From an uncultured Methanosarcinales archaeon (GTDB taxonomy: Archaea; Nanobdellota; Nanobdellia; Woesearchaeales; GW2011-AR9), in NCBI GenBank assembly GCA_964360115.1, contig CAYHVV010000002.1:1-33971 (forward strand): DNA of 33,971 nt. Direction: 5' to 3'. The notes under the pieces are model-generated. The model was not told where the DNA came from, searched no databases, and saw only the letters and a list, made by a program, of their open reading frames with translations. Made by a program: the position numbers and the translations under genes. Of this stretch, positions 24,121-32,431 are shown piece by piece (position 1 is the first letter of the stretch; the number at the start of each line of letters is the position of its first letter).

Positions 24121-25908
24121 TCAACCAACTCCCCACACTGGGTTCTCTTTTCGTTTAATCTCAGCAATTTCTTTAAGCACTTCAATTTCTCTCTTGGATA
24201 AATGTTTCTTCAATTCTTTTAGTTTCTTGAAATCATCTTCAGGAATATCTGTAAACAAGTAATCTCCTTCCTTGACCTGCCTTCCGATAGTTACTCCGTC
24301 CATGGCCATGGCAATTTGTTTTCCTTGTTCGGCTATAGTTAATGATTCCTGCGCTTCACCTAAACTTTTGACCGTAGAAATGCGCATTCCGTCTGCTCGC
24401 ATGATTGGATCTCCGGTTCGAACCCTTCCTACTTCTATGTCAACTCCGCTAATTGCGGGATTGCTTTGCCGGAAGATGTACCCTTTCATCAGCAAAAATT
24501 TACAAGGACGAACTAAATTGGCTAACTCCCTTTTCTCAATTTCCTTCTTCAGATTATCAACATATTTTTCGTAATCCTCAATGGTCTTGTAAATTACTTC
24601 ATTGAGAATAATAGTTAAGCCTTTAATCTTGGCAAATTCAATAATGTCCGGCGGAGTTTTGACATTAAATCCTAATAAAATACCCGTAAATTCATCTTTT
24701 TCTTTTAATGATTCCAGTTTAGAAAGATCTTTTTTAGTTACATCTCCTAAGGATGCTGAAGCAATGGGAATTTGTTTTTCTTCCAATAAATGGCGTACCG
24801 CTTCCAAACCGCCGATGGTGTCCGCTTTAATCATTACACCCTTTTCTTGCTCCGTAAAAGAAAGCACTTCACCCACTTGTTGCTGTACTTCTTGCTTGAG
24901 CCGTTCAACTTCCTCTGCTTTTCCTGAACTGCTTCGTAAGGGCATACCGGCAATGGCTTTTTCCAGTTCCGGAGCCGCTATCTTTACTCCGGTTGCCGCA
25001 ATTACTTCTTTGACATTTTTGAATTTGCTTTTCTTCTCGCGCATATCTGTCAATTCTGCTGGTTCCAGCAAAGCGCGTATCTTAGTGACAATAGGTTGTT
25101 CCAAATTACCGATGATTAAAGTATCATTCACCCGCAATTTACCGCTGTAAATTATGCAATCGATAGTCATCCCAAATCCTTTTTCTTCTTTTACTTCCAA
25201 AATTGTTCCTTCACAATATCCTTTTTCTTTTACTTCCAATTGCTTTTCTAAATATTTTTTTGCCAGCCCAGTCAATACCATCAGTAGTTCAGGAATCCCT
25301 TGCCCAGTCTGTGCAGAAACAGGAATAATGGCAATCTGCTTGGTGAAATCGCTGACTCGATCAAAGCGTTCTGCCTGCAAACCGCGTTCGGCCACTTGAG
25401 CAACAATCTCATACATTTTCTTTTCAAAATTTCCTTGGATAGTGTATTCGAAAGAATTGATATTGTCTATGAGAAACTTCTTCTGGTCATACTTCCAGCC
25501 ATGAATCAGATCAATTTTATTTGCCGCAATGATGAATGGCACTTTATTAGATTTGAGAATTTCGATTGATTCGACCGTTTGCGGCTTAAACCCTTCATTG
25601 ATGTCTACCACTAGAATAGCAATGTCTGCCAAAGAACCGCCACGTTTTCGCAATGAAGTAAAAGCGGCATGTCCAGGCGAGTCGATGAACAATAAGCCTG
25701 GAATGGTTAATCCTGACTGAATAGCGTTTAAGAGCGGACCGCAGATGGTCTGAATTGTTTTTATGGGAACGATGCTGCAGCCGATAGCCTGAGTAATTCC
25801 GCCTGCTTCTCTTGCAACGACGGCAGTTCCTCTAATTTTATCTAAGATACTGGACTTTCCGTGGTCAACGTGTCCAAGTACAGTTACGATAGGTCTGCGG
25901 GTTGCCAT
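24121..25908 (-). CDS. infB: translation initiation factor aIF5B (IF-2 homologue)
   Basis: G1 VLGHVDHGKSSILD, G3 DSPGH, G4 ANKID, about 595 aa with domains II-IV. Confidence 0.95.
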   Translation of the reverse strand: MATRRPIVTVLGHVDHGKSSILDKIRGTAVVAREAGGITQAIGCSIVPIKTIQTICGPLLNAIQSGLTIPGLLFIDSPGHAAFTSLRKRGGSLADIAILVVDINEGFKPQTVESIEILKSNKVPFIIAANKIDLIHGWKYDQKKFLIDNINSFEYTIQGNFEKKMYEIVAQVAERGLQAERFDRVSDFTKQIAIIPVSAQTGQGIPELLMVLTGLAKKYLEKQLEVKEKGYCEGTILEVKEEKGFGMTIDCIIYSGKLRVNDTLIIGNLEQPIVTKIRALLEPAELTDMREKKSKFKNVKEVIAATGVKIAAPELEKAIAGMPLRSSSGKAEEVERLKQEVQQQVGEVLSFTEQEKGVMIKADTIGGLEAVRHLLEEKQIPIASASLGDVTKKDLSKLESLKEKDEFTGILLGFNVKTPPDIIEFAKIKGLTIILNEVIYKTIEDYEKYVDNLKKEIEKRELANLVRPCKFLLMKGYIFRQSNPAISGVDIEVGRVRTGDPIMRADGMRISTVKSLGEAQESLTIAEQGKQIAMAMDGVTIGRQVKEGDYLFTDIPEDDFKKLKELKKHLSKREIEVLKEIAEIKRKENPVWGVG

Positions 25909-25931
25909 GTATTGGTTTTTAGGGTAAATTC

Positions 25932-25939
25932 TATTTAAA
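25932..25939 (-). promoter_or_regulatory. TATA-like box for infB
   Basis: Minus strand reads tttaaata. Centre is about 27 nt upstream of the ATG at 25908. Confidence 0.4.
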
Positions 25940-25967
25940 CTTAATGCAAGGATTGATGAAGCGAAAA

Positions 25968-25975
25968 TTTATATA
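25968..25975 (+). promoter_or_regulatory. TATA-like box (tttatata) for the 105-aa ORF
   Basis: Centre is about 25-26 nt upstream of the ATG at 25997. Confidence 0.4.
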
Positions 25976-25996
25976 TAAACCATATAAAATTATTTT

Positions 25997-26314
25997 ATGA
26001 TTTCCAGCTATCATTTGCCGGTATTTGCAAAACAATTTGCACAATATCTACAGGATAATTTAATTGGCAGGCTTTCTGCGGATGACATTAAGATAAAGAT
26101 AGAAGAACAACACCATACATTAAGCATGCAAGTATATCTGCACGACGCCAGTTTTGGTGATGAGATTCCTTTGGGAGAATATTCTTCTCATTATGTCGGC
26201 AACCAAAAAATAAAACAGGAATTCAGAAGTGATTCCCTGCTCTTGGGATCTATCCACTTAATATACGAGACTGGCGAACGAAAAGATTTGCATACTGAAA
26301 TTCCTTTTCCGTAA
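25997..26314 (+). CDS. hypothetical 105-aa protein
   Basis: ORF with leaderless-type promoter spacing. I recognise no family. Confidence 0.55.
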   Translation: MISSYHLPVFAKQFAQYLQDNLIGRLSADDIKIKIEEQHHTLSMQVYLHDASFGDEIPLGEYSSHYVGNQKIKQEFRSDSLLLGSIHLIYETGERKDLHTEIPFP

Positions 26315-26407
26315 TTCTAAGCTACCGGCCCCTAAAGTATAATGTATCTGAAGGATTAAATAGGATACAAAACATTTAAGTTACTTCTTTCTTTTTGTCC
26401 TTAGAAA

Positions 26408-27037
26408 GTGATTGAACAAAAAATCCAACAGATTAAAGAACAATTAGGCTCGGTAACTTTAGTCGCAGCAACTAAGGGAAGAACCGTAGAAGAAATAAAC
26501 AAAGCAATTTCGGCTGGAATAACAATTATTGGAGAAAATTATGTCAAAGAAGCAGTGGATAAACACCGCCAATTAGCTGGAAAAGTCGCATTTCACCTCA
26601 TCGGGCACTTGCAGAGAAATAAAGTTCCGAAAGCAGTGGAAATATTCGACATGATTCAAACCGTAGACAACCTTCATCTTGCAAAAAAAATTAATGAAGA
26701 CTGTGCAAAAATAAATAAAAAGATGCCCGTTCTTATAGAAGTAAATATTGCTAAAGAGAAAAACAAAAGCGGCTGCGCTCCGGAAGAGGTAGAACAATTG
26801 GCTGCTGTTATTTCAAAACTTCCTAACTTACAATTGAAAGGATTGATGGCCATGGGACCAAATTTTACTGACCCCGAAAATATACACCCTTATTTTAAAG
26901 AGATGAAAAATCTTTTTGATAAAATCAAAAAAGAATATAATATGTCAATGCTTTCCATGGGAATGTCCGAAAACTACTTAATTGCCATTGAACATGGAGC
27001 AACAATGGTAAGAGTAGGTAAAAAAATATTTGATTAA
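26408..27037 (+). CDS. YggS-family pyridoxal-phosphate homeostasis protein
   Basis: LVAATKGRTVEEI (PLP lysine), GENYVKEA, HLIGHLQRNK, LSMGMSENYLIAIEHGATMVRVG. GTG start. Confidence 0.9.
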   Translation: MIEQKIQQIKEQLGSVTLVAATKGRTVEEINKAISAGITIIGENYVKEAVDKHRQLAGKVAFHLIGHLQRNKVPKAVEIFDMIQTVDNLHLAKKINEDCAKINKKMPVLIEVNIAKEKNKSGCAPEEVEQLAAVISKLPNLQLKGLMAMGPNFTDPENIHPYFKEMKNLFDKIKKEYNMSMLSMGMSENYLIAIEHGATMVRVGKKIFD

Positions 27038-27044
27038 AATAAAA

Positions 27045-27072
27045 ATCCCAACCACCGCAAGCGGCGGGGTAT
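27045..27072. repeat. third copy of the ATCCCAACC-hairpin-GGGGTAT element
   Basis: The sequence is atcccaaccaccgcaagcggcggggtat. It shares the 9-nt left flank atcccaacc with hairpin A and the ggggtat right flank with hairpins A and B. On the minus strand the stem ccgccg/cggtgg closes with a G-U pair and a CUUG loop. Confidence 0.55.
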
Positions 27073-27087
27073 CAACCCAGCAAACAA

Positions 27088-28197
27088 ATGAAAGAAATAA
27101 TCACCGAGCATTCCTGTAAAATCAAGGTAGAAATGCCGCCAAAAGACGTCCACGCCCAGATGGAAGTGTTTTATAATCCAGTGATGGCTTCTAATAGAAA
27201 TATTGCGATCCTGTTATTAAATTCTGTAGATAATAAAGAAATGAATATCGCTTCTCCTCTGGCAGGTTCAGGCATTCGCGAATTACGGTTCTTGAAAGAA
27301 TTAAAACCGGGAAAAGCAGGAAACATTTTTGTCAATGACATTAAAGAAAATTTTCCAAAAGTATTGAAGGAGAATTTGAAACTTAACGGTCTGAAAAAAG
27401 ATAAACTTATCATCCATAATGATGATGCTAATCTCTTTTTGCTAAATCAGGTCAAACACTGCATTGAAGACCTATTCTGCGGTTATTTTGATTATATTGA
27501 TATCGATCCTTTCGGCAGCCCGAATCCTTTTTTAGCTTCGGCGGTTGCGCGCATTACCCGAGAAGGGATCATTGCTATTACAGCAACAGATACTGCAGCA
27601 TTGACCGGAACCTATCCAAAAGTGACCAAAAGAAAATATTGGGCTAGAGCAGTGCGCAATTACATGATGCATGAAATTGGGCTGCGGATATTAATTCGAA
27701 AAGTGCAATTGCAAGGAGTACAATTTGACAAAGCGTTAATCCCCATACTTGCATATCACAAAGACCATTATTTTAGAATTTATTTCAGATGCATCAAGGG
27801 AAAAGAGAAATGCGATGAAGTATTGAAAGAGCATCAATATCTACTGTTTAATCCAAAAAATCTGGAATTTAAGACTAGTGAGTTTAATCGGGAGAAAGGA
27901 TTTGATTATTTCGGCCCCTTGTGGACGGGAACATTGTTTGATAAAAAATTGATTGCAACTATGAGCAAAGAAAATCCTTTTTCGGAAGAGCAGAAATTTC
28001 TAAATTTACTGCTGGAAGAATCTAAACTGGACACCGTTGGATTCTATGACCTGCATGTCATCGCCAAAAAATATGCATTAGAAACAACCAAACTTGAACC
28101 TGTTTTGAAAAAGGTAACGGGAGTTAGGACTCATTTTTCTGGCACGGGGATTAAGACGGAGAAAGGGATCAAAGAAGTAGTGAAAGCGATGATTTAA
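27088..28197 (+). CDS. trm1: tRNA (guanine26-N2)-dimethyltransferase
   Basis: VFYNPVMASNRNIAILLL, SGIRELRF and IDIDPFGSPNPFL are hallmark Trm1 motifs. Confidence 0.92.
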   Translation: MKEIITEHSCKIKVEMPPKDVHAQMEVFYNPVMASNRNIAILLLNSVDNKEMNIASPLAGSGIRELRFLKELKPGKAGNIFVNDIKENFPKVLKENLKLNGLKKDKLIIHNDDANLFLLNQVKHCIEDLFCGYFDYIDIDPFGSPNPFLASAVARITREGIIAITATDTAALTGTYPKVTKRKYWARAVRNYMMHEIGLRILIRKVQLQGVQFDKALIPILAYHKDHYFRIYFRCIKGKEKCDEVLKEHQYLLFNPKNLEFKTSEFNREKGFDYFGPLWTGTLFDKKLIATMSKENPFSEEQKFLNLLLEESKLDTVGFYDLHVIAKKYALETTKLEPVLKKVTGVRTHFSGTGIKTEKGIKEVVKAMI

Positions 28198-28251
28198 CCG
28201 AAATATTTAAATAAAACACGTATTTACTTGTTTATATGATGAGGTTTTGGA

Positions 28252-28488
28252 ATGGTTGCAAAAGAAGATTTACTAATGACAAAACACGCCCAAGACGAAG
28301 CTAATGATGAAGGCATCTCCAGAGTGGAAATCGCGGAAGCAATTAGTAGGGGGCCGAGAATTTCTGAAGGAAACCATTTCATTACTATCTACAGGCATTT
28401 CACGACAGCTTATGAAAAATTGCCTGACGGAAAATATAAAATAATAACGGTTCATTTAGGAAGACCAAGAAGGTGGAAAGGAAAGTAA
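28252..28488 (+). CDS. small DUF4258-like putative toxin
   Basis: MTKHAQDEANDEGISRVEIAEAISRG... fits the TxHAxxRxxERGIxxxE(I/V) N-terminus of DUF4258-type proteins as I remember them. About 70-78 aa. GAGG lies 5 nt upstream of the ATG at 28252. Confidence 0.6.
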   Translation: MVAKEDLLMTKHAQDEANDEGISRVEIAEAISRGPRISEGNHFITIYRHFTTAYEKLPDGKYKIITVHLGRPRRWKGK

Positions 28489-28522
28489 AAAATACAAGCC
28501 AGCGACGAGTGATTATTGACAA

Positions 28523-28852
28523 ATGAAATGCACCAATTGTAATATGGGAAATTATGAACCTAAAAAAATATCGTACTTATTTTTAGGTGAAACCATCGGC
28601 AAATTTGAAGCCTTGGTATGCAACCACTGTGGAGAAACTTTGTTTGAGTCCGCAGCATCAGACAACATTGAAGCAGAAGTAAAGCGACGCGGCTTATGGG
28701 GTTTACGCGCCAGAAGCAAAGTATCAGAAGTAGGAAATGCGTTGGATGTGCGTATACCAAAAGCTTTAGCTAAATTCCTTTCTTTAAAAAAAGGCCAAGA
28801 GATAATTCTTGAACCTATTGACAAGAATAAACTTCAGATTATTGTAGAATAA
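28523..28852 (+). CDS. Zn-ribbon (YgiT/MqsA-type) plus AbrB/SpoVT-like domain protein, putative antitoxin
   Basis: CTNC...CNHC four-Cys ribbon in aa 1-40. The C-terminal NALDVRIPKALAKFLSLKKGQEIILEPIDKNKLQI is a swapped-hairpin AbrB/MazE-type pattern. It lies 34 nt downstream of the toxin gene. Confidence 0.65.
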   Translation: MKCTNCNMGNYEPKKISYLFLGETIGKFEALVCNHCGETLFESAASDNIEAEVKRRGLWGLRARSKVSEVGNALDVRIPKALAKFLSLKKGQEIILEPIDKNKLQIIVE

Positions 28853-28997
28853 ACTTTCTGTTCCAATAATTTCTTTGGTCGATATTTCGTGCAGAAAAGC
28901 CTCTTCAACTGATTGCAGTCAAAATAGGACTGGGCGGACCATCAGTCAATAGACCGATGGGAAGTGCTGAGACAAAAGAAAGAAAAAGATTTACTTC

Positions 28998-29843
28998 TTA
29001 TATAGGATTTCGCAATCCTACTTCGTATTGCTCTCGTACTATTTCTGGTACGAAAGAAGCAGAATATTCCAATATTTCCTGAACCGAAGGTCCTAATACC
29101 GCTCCTTGTTCGCGATAGGGAGTTGTCTTTTGCGCATCGCGCCCTCCGGGCGCTTCCTGCTCGCTGACGCTCGCACCACGACGTACCCCACGTACGCGGT
29201 CATGATAATTGAAGTAACGTTCATCGGAGTAGAATAGTGAATCAACATAGAAAAAGTTCAGCCAAGAGGCCCGCGCAATTGCACCTGCTTCTGCATGTTG
29301 TCGAACGTAATCCGGATTAAGAACATAAATTCTCGTATTAGAAATATCTGCGCTGTTCAACCTCTTCATATTATGCACAAAGTCATCTCCTTGACCATAG
29401 ACACGCTCGGCGAATTTTCGCTGTTCACCATTTAGTTGGTTATATTTCGCAGGAGTTGTGCCTATTTCTAAATAACGCCATTCTTTATCCTTTCCAGACA
29501 AGCATAAGCTAGGCAGGGTGATCAGTACCGTGTCCGGAGCAACAAGAGCTTGCTGAACATCTGCTTGACTAGGCAGGTAATTTCCATTATTGGTTAATTG
29601 GTCCAAAGCATCGTCAATATTTTGTAAAACAGGATTCTGAGCTTCTCTGGTTATGGCAAGAGTAGGAGTTTTATTCACGTCGTCTAGGAAGTATATTTCT
29701 CCGTCCGCGGTGTAAAAACATTGACCGCGTAAATTAGCATTATGTCTGCGTTCGTTCATCAATTGATCAACATGCAACATAGTGCCTAGTTGAAGTTGTT
29801 TGTACGCATCGCGTAAGTTTCCAGTAAGTGTTTCTAATGACAT
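28998..29843 (-). CDS. compositionally atypical 281-aa orphan protein
   Basis: Long ORF, Arg-rich rather than Lys-rich. One stretch (about 29132-29199) is roughly 50 G/C out of 68 nt by hand count, in an otherwise AT-rich window. I recognise no motif. Confidence 0.7.
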   Translation of the reverse strand: MSLETLTGNLRDAYKQLQLGTMLHVDQLMNERRHNANLRGQCFYTADGEIYFLDDVNKTPTLAITREAQNPVLQNIDDALDQLTNNGNYLPSQADVQQALVAPDTVLITLPSLCLSGKDKEWRYLEIGTTPAKYNQLNGEQRKFAERVYGQGDDFVHNMKRLNSADISNTRIYVLNPDYVRQHAEAGAIARASWLNFFYVDSLFYSDERYFNYHDRVRGVRRGASVSEQEAPGGRDAQKTTPYREQGAVLGPSVQEILEYSASFVPEIVREQYEVGLRNPI

Positions 29844-29866
29844 GGTAAGTTCCCCTTATGGTTTAG

Positions 29867-29874
29867 GTATAAAG
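29867..29874 (-). promoter_or_regulatory. TATA-like box for the orphan gene
   Basis: Minus strand reads ctttatac. Centre is about 27 nt upstream of the ATG at 29843. Confidence 0.35.
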
Positions 29875-29912
29875 CTTATTTTGCCGTTGAGTTATAAAAC
29901 TTTCCAAAAAAA

Positions 29913-30018
29913 GTATGTGCATAGCTCATTTTTGGCTCGTCGACAAAATGGCGATAATTTTTACTAATTGTAAACTGGTATTTATAAACCATCGACGACA
30001 GACCAGCTATGCACATAC
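29913..30018. mobile_element. 106-bp MITE-like element with perfect 14-bp terminal inverted repeats, flanked by A-runs
   Basis: Terminal arms are gtatgtgcatagct (29913-29926) and agctatgcacatac (30005-30018). An inner inverted repeat is tcgtcga (29937-29943) / tcgacga (29992-29998). A7 lies immediately to the left and cA9 to the right. Confidence 0.45.
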
Positions 30019-30031
30019 CAAAAAAAAATAG

Positions 30032-31207
30032 CTATTCAATATCCGTCAGTTTGTAGTTCACTACGAAAGGATATACTAGCGCAATAATGCCGAAGAGAAT
30101 GAATAGGGGCAAATATGATTTCATAAAGAAAAAAAATGCGGCAAATCCTAAAGTTAACATTCTTCCGACGTTCAAAAAGAACTCCCGGGTTTTCCAGAAT
30201 TCTAAATCAGGTTTTTTTGCATCCAGCGATATCGCCAGACGCAAAGGAGAGGAGATAGTATAAATTATAGTGAAAAGCCCCACTGCGATATACCAAGCGA
30301 CCACATTCTTAGCGAAAAATAAAGTAGCGATTGAAACTGCAAGCAGGAAAAATAGAATCTTGATGAACCCTTTTCTTTTTTGGCTTTTGTCAGATTTATT
30401 AGAGAGAATAAGAGTTATAGCTAATCCTACGATACCAACATATCCTAAAAAGAAACCAACGTCAAAACTGCTTTCTAAAAAAAGCAGCGCGTAAATAGGT
30501 ATGATTGCCCCGTTAAAATGCTGCAATGATCCTTCTAATAAAGTGATAGTTTTCAATCCCTTAAAATTGCGGACACCATTAAAAAAAGAAGTGCTTATTT
30601 TTTCCTGAGGTACATATTTCAAAACAATCCCTATCGGAATAATAAATAATATTGATGAAAGAATAAACAATTTACTGAAGCCAAAAGCTTGAGCAAATAC
30701 TGCGCCAAGAGGGGGGATAATAATGGAAATCAATCCCGGCAGGACCATGTAAAATGAAGAATCTACTGCGTTGGTTTTTCTCTGTGAATTTCTGAAGAAG
30801 ATATAATTTAAGGTAATCCAATAGATGGCAATATTTATAGCTATTAAAAATGCATATATAAAAAAGGAGAGGGACGTAGAAAATACTGCAAAAGAAACCG
30901 CAGCTAAACTAAAAACTAAAAAACCTGCAGCTAGAAAATTACGTAAAAAATAGGTTTGGACTAAAGAGATGGTCGCTAGACTCAGCCCCGAGTATAAGGT
31001 ATATAACAATACTATCCCGGGTAAAGAAAAACCCTGCTGTTTAAGGAAAAATGGTACAAAGGAAAAAGAAAGGTTTGCGCAGACTGCCTGAAGCATCAAA
31101 ATTATAAAAGGAATTTTAACGCGGGAAAAATAAGCTGTTGAAGAAACAACCCCGTTTTGAATATAAGAATTTAATCGTTTCATATTATGCTCTGAACGAG
31201 AGAACAC
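30032..31207 (-). CDS. 12-TM transporter (MFS-like)
   Basis: About 12 hydrophobic helices by eye. The likely true start is MKRLNS at 31183. Confidence 0.65.
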   Translation of the reverse strand: MFSRSEHNMKRLNSYIQNGVVSSTAYFSRVKIPFIILMLQAVCANLSFSFVPFFLKQQGFSLPGIVLLYTLYSGLSLATISLVQTYFLRNFLAAGFLVFSLAAVSFAVFSTSLSFFIYAFLIAINIAIYWITLNYIFFRNSQRKTNAVDSSFYMVLPGLISIIIPPLGAVFAQAFGFSKLFILSSILFIIPIGIVLKYVPQEKISTSFFNGVRNFKGLKTITLLEGSLQHFNGAIIPIYALLFLESSFDVGFFLGYVGIVGLAITLILSNKSDKSQKRKGFIKILFFLLAVSIATLFFAKNVVAWYIAVGLFTIIYTISSPLRLAISLDAKKPDLEFWKTREFFLNVGRMLTLGFAAFFFFMKSYLPLFILFGIIALVYPFVVNYKLTDIE

Positions 31208-31247
31208 TTTTTATGGTTTTCTATGGTTATGGTCGTCTCGAAAAAAA

Positions 31248-31715
31248 TCACTTCTTCCGTTCATACTTCCCCATTAACTTTGCTTCGGCAAGAACATGGT
31301 TTTTCATGGCTTTTTCTACTTCTGCCGCAGTAGAACCTTCCGGAAGATCTAAATTGGTATCCAATGCATAAAGCTTGAAGAAATAGCGGTGTTCCCTATC
31401 GGGAGGACAAGGGCCGCCATAGGCATCTTTTCCACCCGTATTTCTTCCCAATACTCCTGAAGGATTCCTTCCTTCAAATACTTCTTCTGTTCCGAGAGGA
31501 ATATTGAAAACAATCCAATGATCCCAGACCTTTATTCCGAATTTAACTTTTACAAAATCAGGAATATCTGGATCATCCATGATGAGAACTAAACTTTGAG
31601 CCTCTTCAGGAACATCAGAAACAGTTAATGGCGGGTTGATGTTTTGACCATCACAAGTATATTTAGAAGGGATTTTCTCGCCGTCTGTAAATGCTGGACT
31701 GGTTAATTTCATCAC
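31248..31715 (-). CDS. PEBP / YbhB-YbcL family protein
   Basis: LTSPAFTDGEKIPSKYTCDGQNINPPL, LIMDDPD, HWIVFNIP and GGPCPPDREHRYFFKLYALD. AGGAG lies upstream of the ATG. Confidence 0.9.
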   Translation of the reverse strand: MMKLTSPAFTDGEKIPSKYTCDGQNINPPLTVSDVPEEAQSLVLIMDDPDIPDFVKVKFGIKVWDHWIVFNIPLGTEEVFEGRNPSGVLGRNTGGKDAYGGPCPPDREHRYFFKLYALDTNLDLPEGSTAAEVEKAMKNHVLAEAKLMGKYERKK

Positions 31716-31814
31716 AATTCTCCTATTATTGATGGTTAGATTTATTTAACAGATTGCACTTAATTAAAATGATAATAATAATAATAGGGTTATTAATTAT
31801 TTACAAAATTAATT

Positions 31815-32093
31815 TTATCCTAATGCCAAATCCATCTTAGCGACTTCTGCATTCTGCACGCCATCAATAAGAGACATCTTTTCGGCAATTGCATCAAAAT
31901 CAGAACCTTCTACATCATACATGGCCATGACCAGAACTGCTTTCAAACCAAAAGCAATTGGTTCAATCTTAGTCTGCATTTGTCCGATTGCACCTGCTTT
32001 CTGAGCAATGTCTTGTGCTTTTTTAGAAATTGCATCTAGATTTGTATCTGGAGATTCAGGCATTAATTTGAAGGTAATAATAGCTTTTGCCAT
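31815..32093 (-). CDS. ef1b: elongation factor 1-beta (aEF-1beta)
   Basis: FKLMPESPDTNLDAI...IEPIAFGLKAVLVMAMYDVEGSDFDAIAEKMSLIDGVQNAEV is the archaeal EF-1beta pattern. Confidence 0.9.
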   Translation of the reverse strand: MAKAIITFKLMPESPDTNLDAISKKAQDIAQKAGAIGQMQTKIEPIAFGLKAVLVMAMYDVEGSDFDAIAEKMSLIDGVQNAEVAKMDLALG

Positions 32094-32098
32094 TTTTA

Positions 32099-32266
32099 TT
32101 AATTAGGTCCTTCAAAGCCGCAGGGGCAGGTGTATTTCAATCCATTTACCCTAGCAAAAGAGCTGCGAACTATTTCATAGTCGCCGCACTTCGGGCAAAG
32201 AAAAGTAACTGCTCCTTCGTCGTTGTCAATTCGTTTCTTAGTAGATATACATATTTTTGCTTGCAT
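32099..32266 (-). CDS. Zn-ribbon protein (COG2888-type) that classically precedes aEF-1beta
   Basis: Below the ORF-track cutoff. Translation is MQAKICISTKKRIDNDEGAVTFLCPKCGDYEIVRSSFARVNGLKYTCPCGFEGPN* (55 aa, CPxC...CPC). GGAGTG lies upstream of the ATG, and the gene ends 5 nt before ef1b. Confidence 0.75.
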   Translation of the reverse strand: MQAKICISTKKRIDNDEGAVTFLCPKCGDYEIVRSSFARVNGLKYTCPCGFEGPN

Positions 32267-32431
32267 TAAAAATCACTCCATGATTTTTGATGTACCAAAA
32301 AAGCCTTTTTGCTTTTTTAAGTACATAGAGGCCATCAGACTGAAGGTTATTTATAAAGTTTTTTGTGGTATGAGCGTATTTTGTTAATGGTAACTTTTAT
32401 TACCACTTGAACTTTTAGAGAACCATATCAT

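Noticed and set aside
29351-31207. Identical octapeptide HNMKRLNS in the orphan (28998-29843) and at the N-terminus of the neighbouring transporter ORF, encoded with different synonymous codons
   Set aside because: The match is striking, but it is only 8 residues. In the transporter the first two residues probably lie upstream of the real start (MKRLNS at 31183). It is too short to infer homology or recombination without statistics.
31772-31786. (ATA)5 microsatellite
   Set aside because: It is a short simple repeat in AT-rich intergenic DNA with no evident function.
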